Source: a virus. Taken from it: a DNA stretch of 64,000 nucleotides. Below are positions 38,178 through 47,932 of this stretch, in pieces; the first letter of the stretch is position 1, and each line of letters opens with the position of its first letter. The stretch is from the IMG/VR virus record IMGVR_UViG_3300050120_000309, positions 1 through 64,000 of that record, one strand, 5' to 3'. The position numbers and the translations under genes were made by a program. The notes under the pieces were generated by a model that saw only the letters and a program-made list of their open reading frames with translations, was not told the DNA's origin and made no database searches.

Positions 38178-40308
38178 CGGATGCCTTGAGGCTCAGGCTC
38201 GATGACACAAGCACAGAGACCAGATCGGGGTCGTAGGTTGTAGCCACAAGCGACTTCATGTGGTCTATCCCCGTTCGGTCCTGTCTAGTATAGGAATTCA
38301 CATCACCTTCAACGGAATCACTAAGCAACCGGTCGGCTATCGTGTCGATCACGGCTGCTGATCGCACCTTCCAATCAGCGATATCCATGGAGCCAGTGAG
38401 ACCGCATTCGCTCTGCATTGTCTCTGCAAGACTCACCAGTTCATCGGTGAAATCAGATGCTGCTCCTTCAAGCGCGCTCTGTGCCTTCGTTGGCCCGAGT
38501 GCAGTACCGTGCTGATTGGAGGGTGCATTCTTGTTTGCAACGGACTTCGCCGCGGGTGAGCTCTTCTTGGCGGTAGCGCGCTGAGGAGCGCCGCCACCAG
38601 CTTTGATGTGCGCAGTCTTCGCTTCGAGGACACTGACTTTGTGGCCGGAGGTAGCCTCGGAGTGAGCGGTCTTCGCCTTCATGAGACCTTGCTCGATGTT
38701 GGCCTGCTTGCCGGCGTGCTCGGTCTGCAGCGGCAAAGCTTCCTTCATCTGCTCATGCTGCATCTCCATGATGTCCATCTGCGATTTAGCTTTGGCCTTC
38801 TCTGTTTCCTGGACCAGGCGAACGACGTGCAGATCGAAGTGCAGCTTCTTGCGCTGAACCTCTTTGAATGTCTTCTTGCCGATCATCTTGCGCGCTTCAT
38901 CCTCGTCGATGAGGTTGTTGAGGAAGAGCTGGATGACGTGGTTCTCGAACTTGATCTTGTTGTCGAGGTCGATCTCGTGGAAGAGGATCCATGTGCGCGC
39001 CACGGCCTTCTGGACGGAGACCGAGTAGGTCGCCTCCATAAAGAGTTCCTTGAAGATCTGCAGGCGCACGAGACCACCAAAGGTTTCGAGGTCAGCCTTG
39101 ATGGCGTCCTTCAGGTTCTGAGAGATGTTGTCAGCAGTGGCTCGGTTGGCATTCTTGCCGTCACCCATATCGAGTGCAGACATACCAAGACCGGTGTAGA
39201 TACGGCCTTTGTAGTGCTCGATCATGGTCTTTGGATCAAGACCCTTGCCTTCGGCACCGACGACGGCGACTTCGACGCGCTCGTCTGTAACGAACACACC
39301 TTCCTTCGGCATGTTCTCGATTTGCCACTTGATCAGATCGGTCTCGCTGGTGCCGTTCTCATCCCAGGTGGCCGGGGCGTCCTCGGTTCCGACCTTGATG
39401 TGGAAGAGAGGGAAGAGGTGGTTGATGTATAGCAGCTCGACGTTCTCTTCGAGGCGGCGCAGGGCGAAGATGTCATCCTTGACGCCGACCAGGCGCGGGG
39501 TGCCGAAGCGATGACCTGGCTTGACGTCCCATTTGAAGTGAATCACGTCGTCGAGGTCGATGTCCTGGAACGGAGCTCCTGTCTCGAAGTAGCGACGCCA
39601 CTTGGTGGGCACACCGTCCTCAAGATAGGGGAAGATCAGGTGGGCTGGGACCAGCCGGTAGCCGGCAACCGGAGGCTTACGGCCCTTCTTCTGTTTGACG
39701 GGCGCAGCATCTTCCTGACGGATCTTCTCAAGGAAGCAGTTCGAGGCGAGCAGGAGGTTGTAGAGAATCTGCGTGTAGAACGACTGTGTGTCGCGCTCCA
39801 TCACGTACTCCATCACCTCAAGCCGACGGGTCAGGTACTCGACGTCGGGATCCTGGTCGCCAATGATCTCGAAGCCGTTGCGGAACATCAGCGACAGCTT
39901 GCGACTGGTGGCCTGGCGGACATAGGGCTCTGTATCGAAGATCGTGAAGGGCTCGAGCAGGTTGTACTCGGGCTGAATGATGCCGGACATGCGCCGATAG
40001 GTCTGGTTGGCGTCATCTGTCCGCTTGGCGATGGACTCGGCGAGGGGCTGCGGAACCTTGATGCGGTCCTGCATCTTCAAAGTTGAGGTCTTGGCCATCG
40101 GAATGAAGCGCTCGCCGTCGGTCATGACCGTGTTCATGGTCAGCCGGTGCATGCCGCGCACGCTGGGCTTGAGCTCTACGCCGTCGACCTTTCGGACGAG
40201 ACGCTGGGCCTTGGGAATGGAAAGAGACCCATCCTTCCAGGCGGTGAGCTTACTTTGGCGCTGCAGTTCATGATTGGCTTGTGACGCGAGTTGCTGCTTC
40301 GTTGGCAT
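38080..40308 (-). CDS. Portal protein
   Basis: YNLLLASNCFLEK, DVIHFKWD...FGTP, FHIKVG, GRIYTGLG; located between terminase and protease. Confidence 0.85.
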   Translation of the reverse strand: MPTKQQLASQANHELQRQSKLTAWKDGSLSIPKAQRLVRKVDGVELKPSVRGMHRLTMNTVMTDGERFIPMAKTSTLKMQDRIKVPQPLAESIAKRTDDANQTYRRMSGIIQPEYNLLEPFTIFDTEPYVRQATSRKLSLMFRNGFEIIGDQDPDVEYLTRRLEVMEYVMERDTQSFYTQILYNLLLASNCFLEKIRQEDAAPVKQKKGRKPPVAGYRLVPAHLIFPYLEDGVPTKWRRYFETGAPFQDIDLDDVIHFKWDVKPGHRFGTPRLVGVKDDIFALRRLEENVELLYINHLFPLFHIKVGTEDAPATWDENGTSETDLIKWQIENMPKEGVFVTDERVEVAVVGAEGKGLDPKTMIEHYKGRIYTGLGMSALDMGDGKNANRATADNISQNLKDAIKADLETFGGLVRLQIFKELFMEATYSVSVQKAVARTWILFHEIDLDNKIKFENHVIQLFLNNLIDEDEARKMIGKKTFKEVQRKKLHFDLHVVRLVQETEKAKAKSQMDIMEMQHEQMKEALPLQTEHAGKQANIEQGLMKAKTAHSEATSGHKVSVLEAKTAHIKAGGGAPQRATAKKSSPAAKSVANKNAPSNQHGTALGPTKAQSALEGAASDFTDELVSLAETMQSECGLTGSMDIADWKVRSAAVIDTIADRLLSDSVEGDVNSYTRQDRTGIDHMKSLVATTYDPDLVSVLVSSSLSLKASDVLRSDQADECDLFPASSPDPENTDRRRTESL
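38285..38296 (-). promoter_or_regulatory. Putative late promoter TTCCTATACTAG (copy 4), internal to portal gene
   Basis: Exact 12-mer upstream of the protease-decoration-capsid genes. Confidence 0.65.
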
Positions 40309-40322
40309 AGGATACCGGGGTG

Positions 40323-41930
40323 TTACAGAGACTGGCTGATGCCGGAGATGGCGGTCTGAACGCCGGCTTTGGAGAGGACCGCTGCGGCGGCGGCAGTTGG
40401 AGCGGGGACAGCAGGCGGGGTGACGGTGATGACACCGTTCGAGACGGTGTAGCTGGCACCGTTGCCAGACTGCGTTGTGGCGAGGATGGAGCCGACGGTG
40501 GATAGGAGGGTCGTCGAGCTGGATGCTGCGGTAGTCGTGCTTTGCTGCTGCTTGAGGAACGAATCAGCCAGGGAAGAGAGGGTTCCGAGGTTGTTGACCA
40601 TCGTCAGCAGCTTCACCTGGTTGCAGGTGTCGGACTGCGTGCGGGTCATGAGCTTCTTGAAGGAGTTCAACGACGTGGAGATCTTGCTATTCGCCTTCGC
40701 CATACTCCAGTCGAGGATCGTGGACAATTCCTGCATGCCAGAAGAGAGTCCGAGAGATATTCCCGACGAACTTGACTGAGAGCAGCTCGGAGAGGGTGCC
40801 GGCGGAGCGGCGGGCGGGGGTGGGGTCGCCGAAGAGGTTCCACAGGCTGACGCGGCGCTGTTCGACGTGATCAAACCGGCCAGCGCGCCGCTTGTGACGC
40901 GCGCATCTTGGGTTGTCGTGCGCAAAACACCGATCAAGGAGCTTGCAGCACCGCTCTGGACCGAAGTGAGGCCGGCTCCGAGGCTGTTGGTCATCGATTT
41001 CAGAGGAGCGATCGCCATTTGAGCGATTCGATCGAGAGAAAAGACCATCGAGGAGGCGTCGCTCATCAACTGGACGAAGACGAAGGAGGTCAGACCGTTG
41101 GAGATGTCCTGAAGACTCTCGCTGGCGTCCGTTGATTGGACCAAAGTGAAGAGACTCTTGACCTGAGCGAGTTCTGAAGTGGCCAGGTTGGCGAATGTGT
41201 TCACCATGCAGCCAATGTCCTGGCTGATCGACGAAATACCCGCCATCATCGAGAAGGCGGACGCATAAGTGAGCCCCATTGCTGCAACGTGGTCAGTGAG
41301 GGCGTCATTCACGTCGTCTCCGACGTCGACAGTCGATGCTGGAATGACATTGGGTGACGATGCGGTAGCTGCTACCCCGGCCGCGGCCGGATAAGTAGTG
41401 AGTTGACTGGCGATTGCGGTGTAGACCGTTGCCTGGGTCTTGAGACTGCGCAGCATCAGGGGAAGCTGGGAGCTGAAGTCGCCCTGGCCGGCTAGGCCCG
41501 CCTCAACTGCCTTGTTGATCGTGACGACAGCCTGGTTCTGAAAGGGATTGGGCTGAATCGTAGCATCGGTGCCGGCGGCCTGTGTGAGTTGCTGCGCGCC
41601 GAACTCCACATCGAGGAGATTGGAGTACATCAGCATCGAGACCGCCGGAGGAATGGCCCCGTAGATGGCACTGAGAGCGCGGCCGAGGTCAGGGTTCGAT
41701 GCAGTGTTGACGGTGATGCCGAGGCCCTTGGTCAAACTGAGAATCACGCCCTGCAGATAGACTGCCGTACCGGCCAGGTCGATCAGGTCGGCACTGAGCA
41801 CTGTGGCGCGCGAGCTGTTCGTCGCCGTTCCACCGCCCGTCGTCGAAGTCGGAACGACAGAAGGGGTAGCTGACGGTGAAGGCACCGTGAGCGGGGGATT
41901 GCGAGCGAACTTCCATGGAGAGAAGGACAT
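40323..41930 (-). CDS. Ser/Ala/Thr-rich helical hypothetical protein
   Basis: 535-aa ORF between terminase and portal. Confidence 0.6.
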   Translation of the reverse strand: MSFSPWKFARNPPLTVPSPSATPSVVPTSTTGGGTATNSSRATVLSADLIDLAGTAVYLQGVILSLTKGLGITVNTASNPDLGRALSAIYGAIPPAVSMLMYSNLLDVEFGAQQLTQAAGTDATIQPNPFQNQAVVTINKAVEAGLAGQGDFSSQLPLMLRSLKTQATVYTAIASQLTTYPAAAGVAATASSPNVIPASTVDVGDDVNDALTDHVAAMGLTYASAFSMMAGISSISQDIGCMVNTFANLATSELAQVKSLFTLVQSTDASESLQDISNGLTSFVFVQLMSDASSMVFSLDRIAQMAIAPLKSMTNSLGAGLTSVQSGAASSLIGVLRTTTQDARVTSGALAGLITSNSAASACGTSSATPPPPAAPPAPSPSCSQSSSSGISLGLSSGMQELSTILDWSMAKANSKISTSLNSFKKLMTRTQSDTCNQVKLLTMVNNLGTLSSLADSFLKQQQSTTTAASSSTTLLSTVGSILATTQSGNGASYTVSNGVITVTPPAVPAPTAAAAAVLSKAGVQTAISGISQSL

Positions 41931-41933
41931 GAT

Positions 41934-42344
41934 TTACCCGGCTAGCGCCGAGACCTTGGCGCCGATGGCGGACGGGTTCTGGAGATCAGTTGGGGACAGG
42001 GCAAACACCTGACCGAAGTTCTGGAGTGACTGGAACTGATTACCCACCTGGCCAAGAGCCGCATCGGGGTACATCATGGCAGCGACAGAAGCGTTGTTGG
42101 GGATCAGATACTTGATCACGGCGTAAGCGGCAGCCAGAATCCAGTGGGTGGAGCTGTACGACGCCATCTGTGACTTGAAGTCGGACAGTCCGTGGAAGGT
42201 GGCGTTGTGATAACTGAGGGAGCCAGCAAAGCCCAGCTGCTGCTGGAAGGGCCATTGCGTAAGCTTCGACATCACAGACACGGCAATCGGTCTCTCGAAG
42301 GAGCTGAGATATCCGGCGGCGATGTTGCTTTGGACTTGGCTCAT
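41934..42344 (-). CDS. Hypothetical protein
   Basis: 136 aa, coupled to terminase stop (TAATG). Confidence 0.6.
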   Translation of the reverse strand: MSQVQSNIAAGYLSSFERPIAVSVMSKLTQWPFQQQLGFAGSLSYHNATFHGLSDFKSQMASYSSTHWILAAAYAVIKYLIPNNASVAAMMYPDAALGQVGNQFQSLQNFGQVFALSPTDLQNPSAIGAKVSALAG

Positions 42345-44464
42345 TAGCGGTTGAAGCGTATTCCAGACGCGATGCCATTGAAGGGGGAGACACCAAAGCG
42401 CGACATGCCGCTGTTGGAACCGCCGGAACGGAAGCCACCTGAAGAAGGCAGGCCACGGGAGGGAACTCGACTGCCTGTGGGAGCGGGACGACCTTGTCCG
42501 CCCACCATCATGGCGCCGCGACCGTTGTGAAGAACACGTCCCTGTTGGGGCTGAGCGGCAGGGAGTCCACGTGCTGGAACTCCACTGCGCCGGGCCATGA
42601 CTGATTTGGTCTGCTCCGTCGTATCGGCAGGAGCCGAGCTCGGAAAGGGAGAAGACGGTGCTGCGGGCTGGTATGCGCCTAGACCCCAGCCTGCCACGTG
42701 GGCAATCTGAGCCAAACGTCGTACTGCTTCCTTGGTCCGGAAGAGGCCAAATTCGATCTCGATACCGAGCATGGCGAGCATGAATGCATCGAGGTCGTGG
42801 TCACCTGTTTCGGCATCAGTCTCATAGCTGGCAGGCACTCCATGGGTCGACCAGCTCTTGACGCGGTAGCCCTGCATCTGTGCGATCAGGATCTTGTCAT
42901 CATCAGCGGAAAGCTCGACGAGTTCATTCTCGAGAGCGATGACAGTGCCTTCGACCATGAACGGCTTGGTCCGGCGTTTGATATCTTCTTCATCGTCCTT
43001 GCGCTTGCGCTCACCGATCTCACGATTGGGGACGAGCTTGTTGAACTCCAAGGTGCCACCGAAGTCGATGACCTTGAGGTTCTTCATCTTGTACGTCTGC
43101 GCGTCGCCTTCTTTCCCAGCCAACTGGCCTTCGGTACGGAGCAGTTCATCTTGCGCGAAGCCAAAGCCGGCATCAATGTAGATGTGGTCGCACATCCACT
43201 TCTTATTGAGTCGCTTGATCTCGGCGATGGATAGGGCGACGGTAGACTTGGGGTCATCGACGACGCACCGGTCGACGGCCTTGCGCACGCGGGTATTGGT
43301 GTCATATTCAACGACATATATCCTGGTTCCAGTACCCTTACCATTCCAGTCAATGCCCATGATGTAACGCTTGGTGTTATCCGGCCGCGCGTCGCGGTGG
43401 GCATAGAATCTCTGCGTTTTATCGAGGAAGAACGACTTGAACACGCCGGCCACTGGGTCACCGAACTCGGCAAGAAACTCATGGATGAAGCGATCCATGG
43501 TCTTGGCTTCGAGCATGTAGTTCTCGCGCTTCTCCTCAGACCACTCGGGGTGGTCAGTGATGGGGAAGAAGAACTCTTTGTACTCATCGAACTTCTGACA
43601 CATCTGGTAGTACATGCCACGCAGACCTGTCGGGGTTGACGATCCGTGGAAGGTCAGCTCTTTGAAGCGGCGCAACAGCGGCATCAGCGCGTCGTAGTCA
43701 TCCTCGTTGAGATAGTCCTGTTCATCCAGGCGGATGCGACGGGGGTTCTGACCTCGAGTGGCTCCGCCCTTCTTACCCGAACCTGAACCGGCGGTGAAGA
43801 TCTTGATGATCGACCCGTTGTTGAAGCGAAGGAAGTAGTAGGGGGATTGTTTCTGCTGGGCAAGGACACCGGCCAGGCTGGGGGAATTCTCCAGCTGGCT
43901 CAGGATCTCCATGTACCACATTTCAGCCTGGGTCTGCTGAGGGCAAACGATCATGGTCTCAAGCTTCTTGCGGGTGAGTGCCAGGTGCAGTTCTTCTCCG
44001 ATACCGGTAGAGGACTTACCCATACCACGAGCCCATCGGTCGACCTTGCGCGGAGCGGTGCAGCTCAGCGCTTCCTTCTGATACCACCGGAGGGGCATGG
44101 GAATGAAGTCGCCGTCTGCGTTCTTGACGACGATGTTCTTGCCAACCCAATGGGCAGGGTCGTAGATATCCCGGATCTCATCGATCGTCATGTCCTCGCC
44201 GAGTTCAGCCATCTGGGCCTGCTTCTCGAGGAACATCTGCTCATCGTTGATTCCACGGCACTTGATGTTGAAAGTGCGACCAGGAAACTTTGACTTGTAG
44301 TCGATGTGGCACTTGCGGCAGATGTCGTTCTGCATCTGGCGCACGATGCCCTTATCGGTGCCGTCGGCGTTCCGATCGCGTGCAATGGTCTTACTCAGAA
44401 ACTGTTGCTCTTCGGCAGGCATGCTCGTAAGCAGCTGCTTGAGAGTCACAAAGTTGTCAGGCAT
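42344..44464 (-). CDS. terL: Terminase large subunit
   Basis: LRWYQKE (Q motif), ARGMGKS (Walker A), IRLDEQDY (Walker B), SSTPTG, MGIDWN and DHDLDAF (nuclease); start set at MPDNF. Confidence 0.92.
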   Translation of the reverse strand: MPDNFVTLKQLLTSMPAEEQQFLSKTIARDRNADGTDKGIVRQMQNDICRKCHIDYKSKFPGRTFNIKCRGINDEQMFLEKQAQMAELGEDMTIDEIRDIYDPAHWVGKNIVVKNADGDFIPMPLRWYQKEALSCTAPRKVDRWARGMGKSSTGIGEELHLALTRKKLETMIVCPQQTQAEMWYMEILSQLENSPSLAGVLAQQKQSPYYFLRFNNGSIIKIFTAGSGSGKKGGATRGQNPRRIRLDEQDYLNEDDYDALMPLLRRFKELTFHGSSTPTGLRGMYYQMCQKFDEYKEFFFPITDHPEWSEEKRENYMLEAKTMDRFIHEFLAEFGDPVAGVFKSFFLDKTQRFYAHRDARPDNTKRYIMGIDWNGKGTGTRIYVVEYDTNTRVRKAVDRCVVDDPKSTVALSIAEIKRLNKKWMCDHIYIDAGFGFAQDELLRTEGQLAGKEGDAQTYKMKNLKVIDFGGTLEFNKLVPNREIGERKRKDDEEDIKRRTKPFMVEGTVIALENELVELSADDDKILIAQMQGYRVKSWSTHGVPASYETDAETGDHDLDAFMLAMLGIEIEFGLFRTKEAVRRLAQIAHVAGWGLGAYQPAAPSSPFPSSAPADTTEQTKSVMARRSGVPARGLPAAQPQQGRVLHNGRGAMMVGGQGRPAPTGSRVPSRGLPSSGGFRSGGSNSGMSRFGVSPFNGIASGIRFNR

Positions 44465-44486
44465 AGAGGAGGTGTTCCAGACGTGC

Positions 44487-44888
44487 TTAGTTGAGGCGGA
44501 GGATCTTGACGGTGATGGCGCCAGGGCCAACAATGGCCGAAACAGTCACCTTGATGGCGCGGCCCTTGAGGGAGATCCCGGTTGGCCATTCACCAACTTC
44601 AAGGCCACTGGCATTGAAGATCGTGACGCCGGTGAAGGTCTTGACCGATACGAAGGTTCCGGTACCGTCATCATTGAGGACCTCAATGGTGCAGGACGTG
44701 GTTCCATCCGTGAAGGAGGGAACTACCTCGATCGAATTGGCCTGGGGATTAATGGCAGCCGACGTTGTACCTGCAGTGATTGCTGTTAGCAACGTGGCAG
44801 GAGTTGAGTAGGACGGTGTGAGATCGCCGACGTTCCAGCGAGGGGGAAGGCCCATTGAAGGGTGCGGACTGAGAGGACTACGACCCAT
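44487..44888 (-). CDS. Hypothetical beta-rich (possible virion) protein
   Basis: 133 aa with AGGAG SD. Confidence 0.55.
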   Translation of the reverse strand: MGRSPLSPHPSMGLPPRWNVGDLTPSYSTPATLLTAITAGTTSAAINPQANSIEVVPSFTDGTTSCTIEVLNDDGTGTFVSVKTFTGVTIFNASGLEVGEWPTGISLKGRAIKVTVSAIVGPGAITVKILRLN

Positions 44889-44900
44889 GAGGATCTCCTG

Positions 44901-45401
44901 TTATCTGTGAAGGAAGAGGGCTTCTTGGCCGAGCCACCTGCGAGAAGTGGTCGATGTGCCTGTGAGCTCGATGGCGGCGCGCTGTCTGCGCTGTTGGGAA
45001 GTCTTGGTGTCGATGTAGTCGCCACCGAACCGTAGCTTCTGAGCAAAGCGCCCTTCAGCGGTGAGTTCGGAGAAGCCACGAATCAAGGTGTGCGTGAACT
45101 GGTTGGTCGCATATCCAACGAGCAAAGTGCCGGCGAGGGCGGCGGCTACGGGAGGCAGGCCGAAAGTCGCGGTGAGCCCGGCGGCTGCAATTCCACCAAG
45201 AACCGGTTGAACTGCCAGTGAAACGGACTGAGCTGCCAGTGTGGGGATCAGTTCCCCGCGTTTGGCAGAGGCCACTTCCATAGCAAGGATAGGAAGACCC
45301 CAGTACGCGCCTTCTGAAGCAAACTTGTGTCCCTTCCAATAGGAGTTCTTGATCTCCCTGGAGAAGGTGATGGGTTCATCTCTGGGTGTTAGCCATGCCA
45401 T
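44901..45401 (-). CDS. Membrane-like / internal virion protein
   Basis: Hydrophobic Gly/Ala hairpin, basic C-terminus ending LGQEALFLHR. Confidence 0.55.
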   Translation of the reverse strand: MAWLTPRDEPITFSREIKNSYWKGHKFASEGAYWGLPILAMEVASAKRGELIPTLAAQSVSLAVQPVLGGIAAAGLTATFGLPPVAAALAGTLLVGYATNQFTHTLIRGFSELTAEGRFAQKLRFGGDYIDTKTSQQRRQRAAIELTGTSTTSRRWLGQEALFLHR

Positions 45402-45404
45402 TTA

Positions 45405-46211
45405 CTACCTCGCTTTGTGAAGACCGAACACGAGGTCACCGCCGGCGCCGATGCGCCCCATGCGGTCTCTCACTCCTGAATCGGAGAATCCGTTGTCTTC
45501 GGGAGCAGCTCGGTCAACTCGTTCGGGATCGCCGTTGCCGTGAAGCACTTTGATGGCCCCACCGATGACGGCCGAAGCGGCGACGATGGCGCCGAGACGG
45601 GTACCGCCTCCCCATTTGCCCCATACCTCACTGGCTTTGAAGGCGCGGCCGGCTGCAATACCGACTCCAGTGCCGACGGCGGCGGCTACGACGGTGCCGG
45701 CAGTGCTTCCATCAGTGGTTCTGTGGCCGACGTAGCCTCCGACGAGAGCACCAAGACCGCCAGAGATCGATGGCCGCTGCAGCGCGGTCTTCCATCCGCC
45801 AGGAGACCGGATCTCATCAAAGAGACCTTTGCCGTAATCGCGGATCGCGGAAGAGGTGTCTGCTGCGTATTTCGGAGCAGCTTTGGAGAAGTCTTTGCTG
45901 AACTGGGCAGCGCCGTATCCAACTTCTTCGTTGTAGGCTCCTCGGTATCCGTCGGCTCGAGCGCGTTGGCGCGCCATGACAGACCCTACCGCGGCAGCGC
46001 CACCCGCAGTGAGAAGGCCTGCTGTCCCATATTGAAGAGCTGAAGTGGCTCCGGCATCAGCTCGAGTACCGGCACTTCCTTCGGTGGTTGCATACGTCTC
46101 AGCTCCGGCGAACAGACCAGCGCCGGCAGCGAATACGGCTGCTCCCCCAGTGAGGGGATTTGCCCACAATCGTGAGGTAAAGTTCCCCGCTACTGAGTCA
46201 ATGAAGGCCAT
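45405..46211 (-). CDS. Glycine-zipper protein
   Basis: Multiple GxxxG segments (GGLGALVGGYVG, AAAVGTGVGIAAG). Confidence 0.6.
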   Translation of the reverse strand: MAFIDSVAGNFTSRLWANPLTGGAAVFAAGAGLFAGAETYATTEGSAGTRADAGATSALQYGTAGLLTAGGAAAVGSVMARQRARADGYRGAYNEEVGYGAAQFSKDFSKAAPKYAADTSSAIRDYGKGLFDEIRSPGGWKTALQRPSISGGLGALVGGYVGHRTTDGSTAGTVVAAAVGTGVGIAAGRAFKASEVWGKWGGGTRLGAIVAASAVIGGAIKVLHGNGDPERVDRAAPEDNGFSDSGVRDRMGRIGAGGDLVFGLHKAR

Positions 46212-46217
46212 AGAGTA

Positions 46218-46547
46218 TTAGCGAAGCATTCGGACGGCACCACTACTGAGTGCTTTCTGCGCGCCCCAACGTCGGTACCCTCTCATCCCTGCCATTCCCG
46301 CGGCGCCCATAGCAGCTCCACCGATGGCACCTCGCAGATGATTGTCACGATCGGAGACACCTCCAACGACAGCTCCGCCTCCAGCTACGAGGGCTGTGGC
46401 GTTGACGAGTCCCCGGTTGGTTTTGTAGTCATTGGCGACGCCCCGGGCGACGGCCTTTGCTCGCTGCGCGCCTGGTGAGTTGTAGAACTTGCCGGCACGG
46501 CTGGCAGTGGAACGAAACCCGTTGATGGCGCTGCTGAAGATGCTCAT
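46218..46547 (-). CDS. Small glycine-zipper protein
   Basis: GGGAVVGG...GAIGGAAMGAAG; N-terminus MSIFSSAINGF. Confidence 0.6.
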   Translation of the reverse strand: MSIFSSAINGFRSTASRAGKFYNSPGAQRAKAVARGVANDYKTNRGLVNATALVAGGGAVVGGVSDRDNHLRGAIGGAAMGAAGMAGMRGYRRWGAQKALSSGAVRMLR

Positions 46548-46556
46548 GAAAGTCCT

Positions 46557-46793
46557 TTAGTAAGAAGCCTGTTGTGCTTGAGACCGGAGCTTGGCTGAGG
46601 ATTTGCCGTAGAGACCTCGCGCTACGAGGCCGCCAGGTACGCCGCCTATGAGTCCCCACTTCTTATGCCCCTGGGGAGCAGATAGATAGCCTGCACCCAG
46701 ACCAATCCCTAGACCCGCTCCTTGAGTGACGGCGAACTGCTGGCCTCGAGATAGACCTTTGAAGCCGTTGACAGCTCGACCGAAGATGCTCAT
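46557..46793 (-). CDS. Small glycine-zipper protein
   Basis: GAGLGIGLGAG...GLIGGVPGG; N-terminus MSIFGRAVNGF. Confidence 0.6.
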   Translation of the reverse strand: MSIFGRAVNGFKGLSRGQQFAVTQGAGLGIGLGAGYLSAPQGHKKWGLIGGVPGGLVARGLYGKSSAKLRSQAQQASY

Positions 46794-46831
46794 GGGAATC
46801 CTTTCGCGTCCGGAGACACGTTTGAGCCTGG

Positions 46832-46843
46832 CTAGTATAGGAA
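46832..46843 (-). promoter_or_regulatory. Putative late promoter TTCCTATACTAG (copy 5)
   Basis: Exact 12-mer, intergenic. Confidence 0.7.
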
Positions 46844-46884
46844 GATGGTCGCTAGTCTCTGACTTGATTGACCCGACAGGGGAG

Positions 46885-47481
46885 CTAGGCTACTTGAGCA
46901 AGCGCTCTAGCACGCTTGCGATCTCGATACCTACGAGCTTCCAAAGCCATGGGAGATGGATTTGGGTTCTTTGCTCTTGCTGTGGCAGATACTCTTGCTC
47001 GAACATCTGACGACAGTACTTTACCCAGGTGGGCATTACTGATTCGCCTCTTTGTGATCTCCGAATGTGGGCCACGTACCTTGATGCTCGCGGCTCTGAG
47101 CTTTGCCCGTGCTTCATCGGGATAGGGATTATCTGCCCAGTGGCCAGTCTTTCCAAATCGGTGGTTATCCGATCCAGACCCAGTACCACCGCCTCCGGGA
47201 GTCATGTTGTATCCCTTCAGCGGATTCATTGAGTCATATTGCTCAATCAATCGGATCTCATGAGAGTCCAATTGGTCTTCAGGAATCTCGATAAGGACCT
47301 CTATTATGAAGTTCTCAGCACCATACTTGACGATTGCCCGATGCAAAGCCTGAGAGGATCTACCGCGTAGGGCTGTTGACCGATGAAGGTTCCATCGGCG
47401 CTCAAGCTTCTTGATCGTTTGACCAACATAAAGTTTTCCGTTGGTCGTATTCGTGATGAGGTAGATCACACCAGTTCTCAT
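46885..47481 (-). CDS. GIY-YIG homing endonuclease with NUMOD3-like repeats
   Basis: GVIYLITNTTNGKLYVGQT...RW..H...E...GYNMTPGG; HSEITKRRISNAHLGK. Confidence 0.9.
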   Translation of the reverse strand: MRTGVIYLITNTTNGKLYVGQTIKKLERRWNLHRSTALRGRSSQALHRAIVKYGAENFIIEVLIEIPEDQLDSHEIRLIEQYDSMNPLKGYNMTPGGGGTGSGSDNHRFGKTGHWADNPYPDEARAKLRAASIKVRGPHSEITKRRISNAHLGKVLSSDVRARVSATARAKNPNPSPMALEARRYRDRKRARALAQVA

Positions 47482-47484
47482 GGC

Positions 47485-47925
47485 CTAATCCTTGACTTGA
47501 TTTATTAGACACGGAAGCATCGGGATCCAGAAGTCCAGCTTGGTGCTGAGCTTGCCCTTATCGTCCGACACCTCGCAGATGCCAATCAGGGAGTCTCCCT
47601 CTTCAACTCCAGAGGTGACGTCATGCCTGCTGGGCGAGCTATCAGAGACGGTATGCGTGTGAATGGATCCAAGGGAGAGCCCCTCGGATCTGGCCTGGTT
47701 CTTGAGGGCCTGGTACTGCAGATCGTCATACTCGACGACGTAGGGACTGGTCTTGGTCATACGGATCTTGTGGAAGCTGACGACGTGGTACTCGCCCACA
47801 CCCCGCCGAACAAAGATCACTTCCATGTACTCGTGGCCAGGTTTCTTCCGGTAATGGTAAAGGACCCGGCGACGGAACGAGGCCAGGTCCTTATTGCGAA
47901 TGTGAACATCGAATGCGAGCGCCAT
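47485..47925 (-). CDS. JAB/MPN (JAMM) metalloprotease
   Basis: N-terminal E (HEYM) and GSIHTHTVSDSSPSRHD = HxH-x7-S-x2-D. Confidence 0.8.
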   Translation of the reverse strand: MALAFDVHIRNKDLASFRRRVLYHYRKKPGHEYMEVIFVRRGVGEYHVVSFHKIRMTKTSPYVVEYDDLQYQALKNQARSEGLSLGSIHTHTVSDSSPSRHDVTSGVEEGDSLIGICEVSDDKGKLSTKLDFWIPMLPCLINQVKD

Positions 47926-47932
47926 GGAACCC

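Noticed and set aside
46885-47481. Group I intron around the GIY-YIG genes
   Set aside because: Flanking genes appear complete and there is no room for intron core structure
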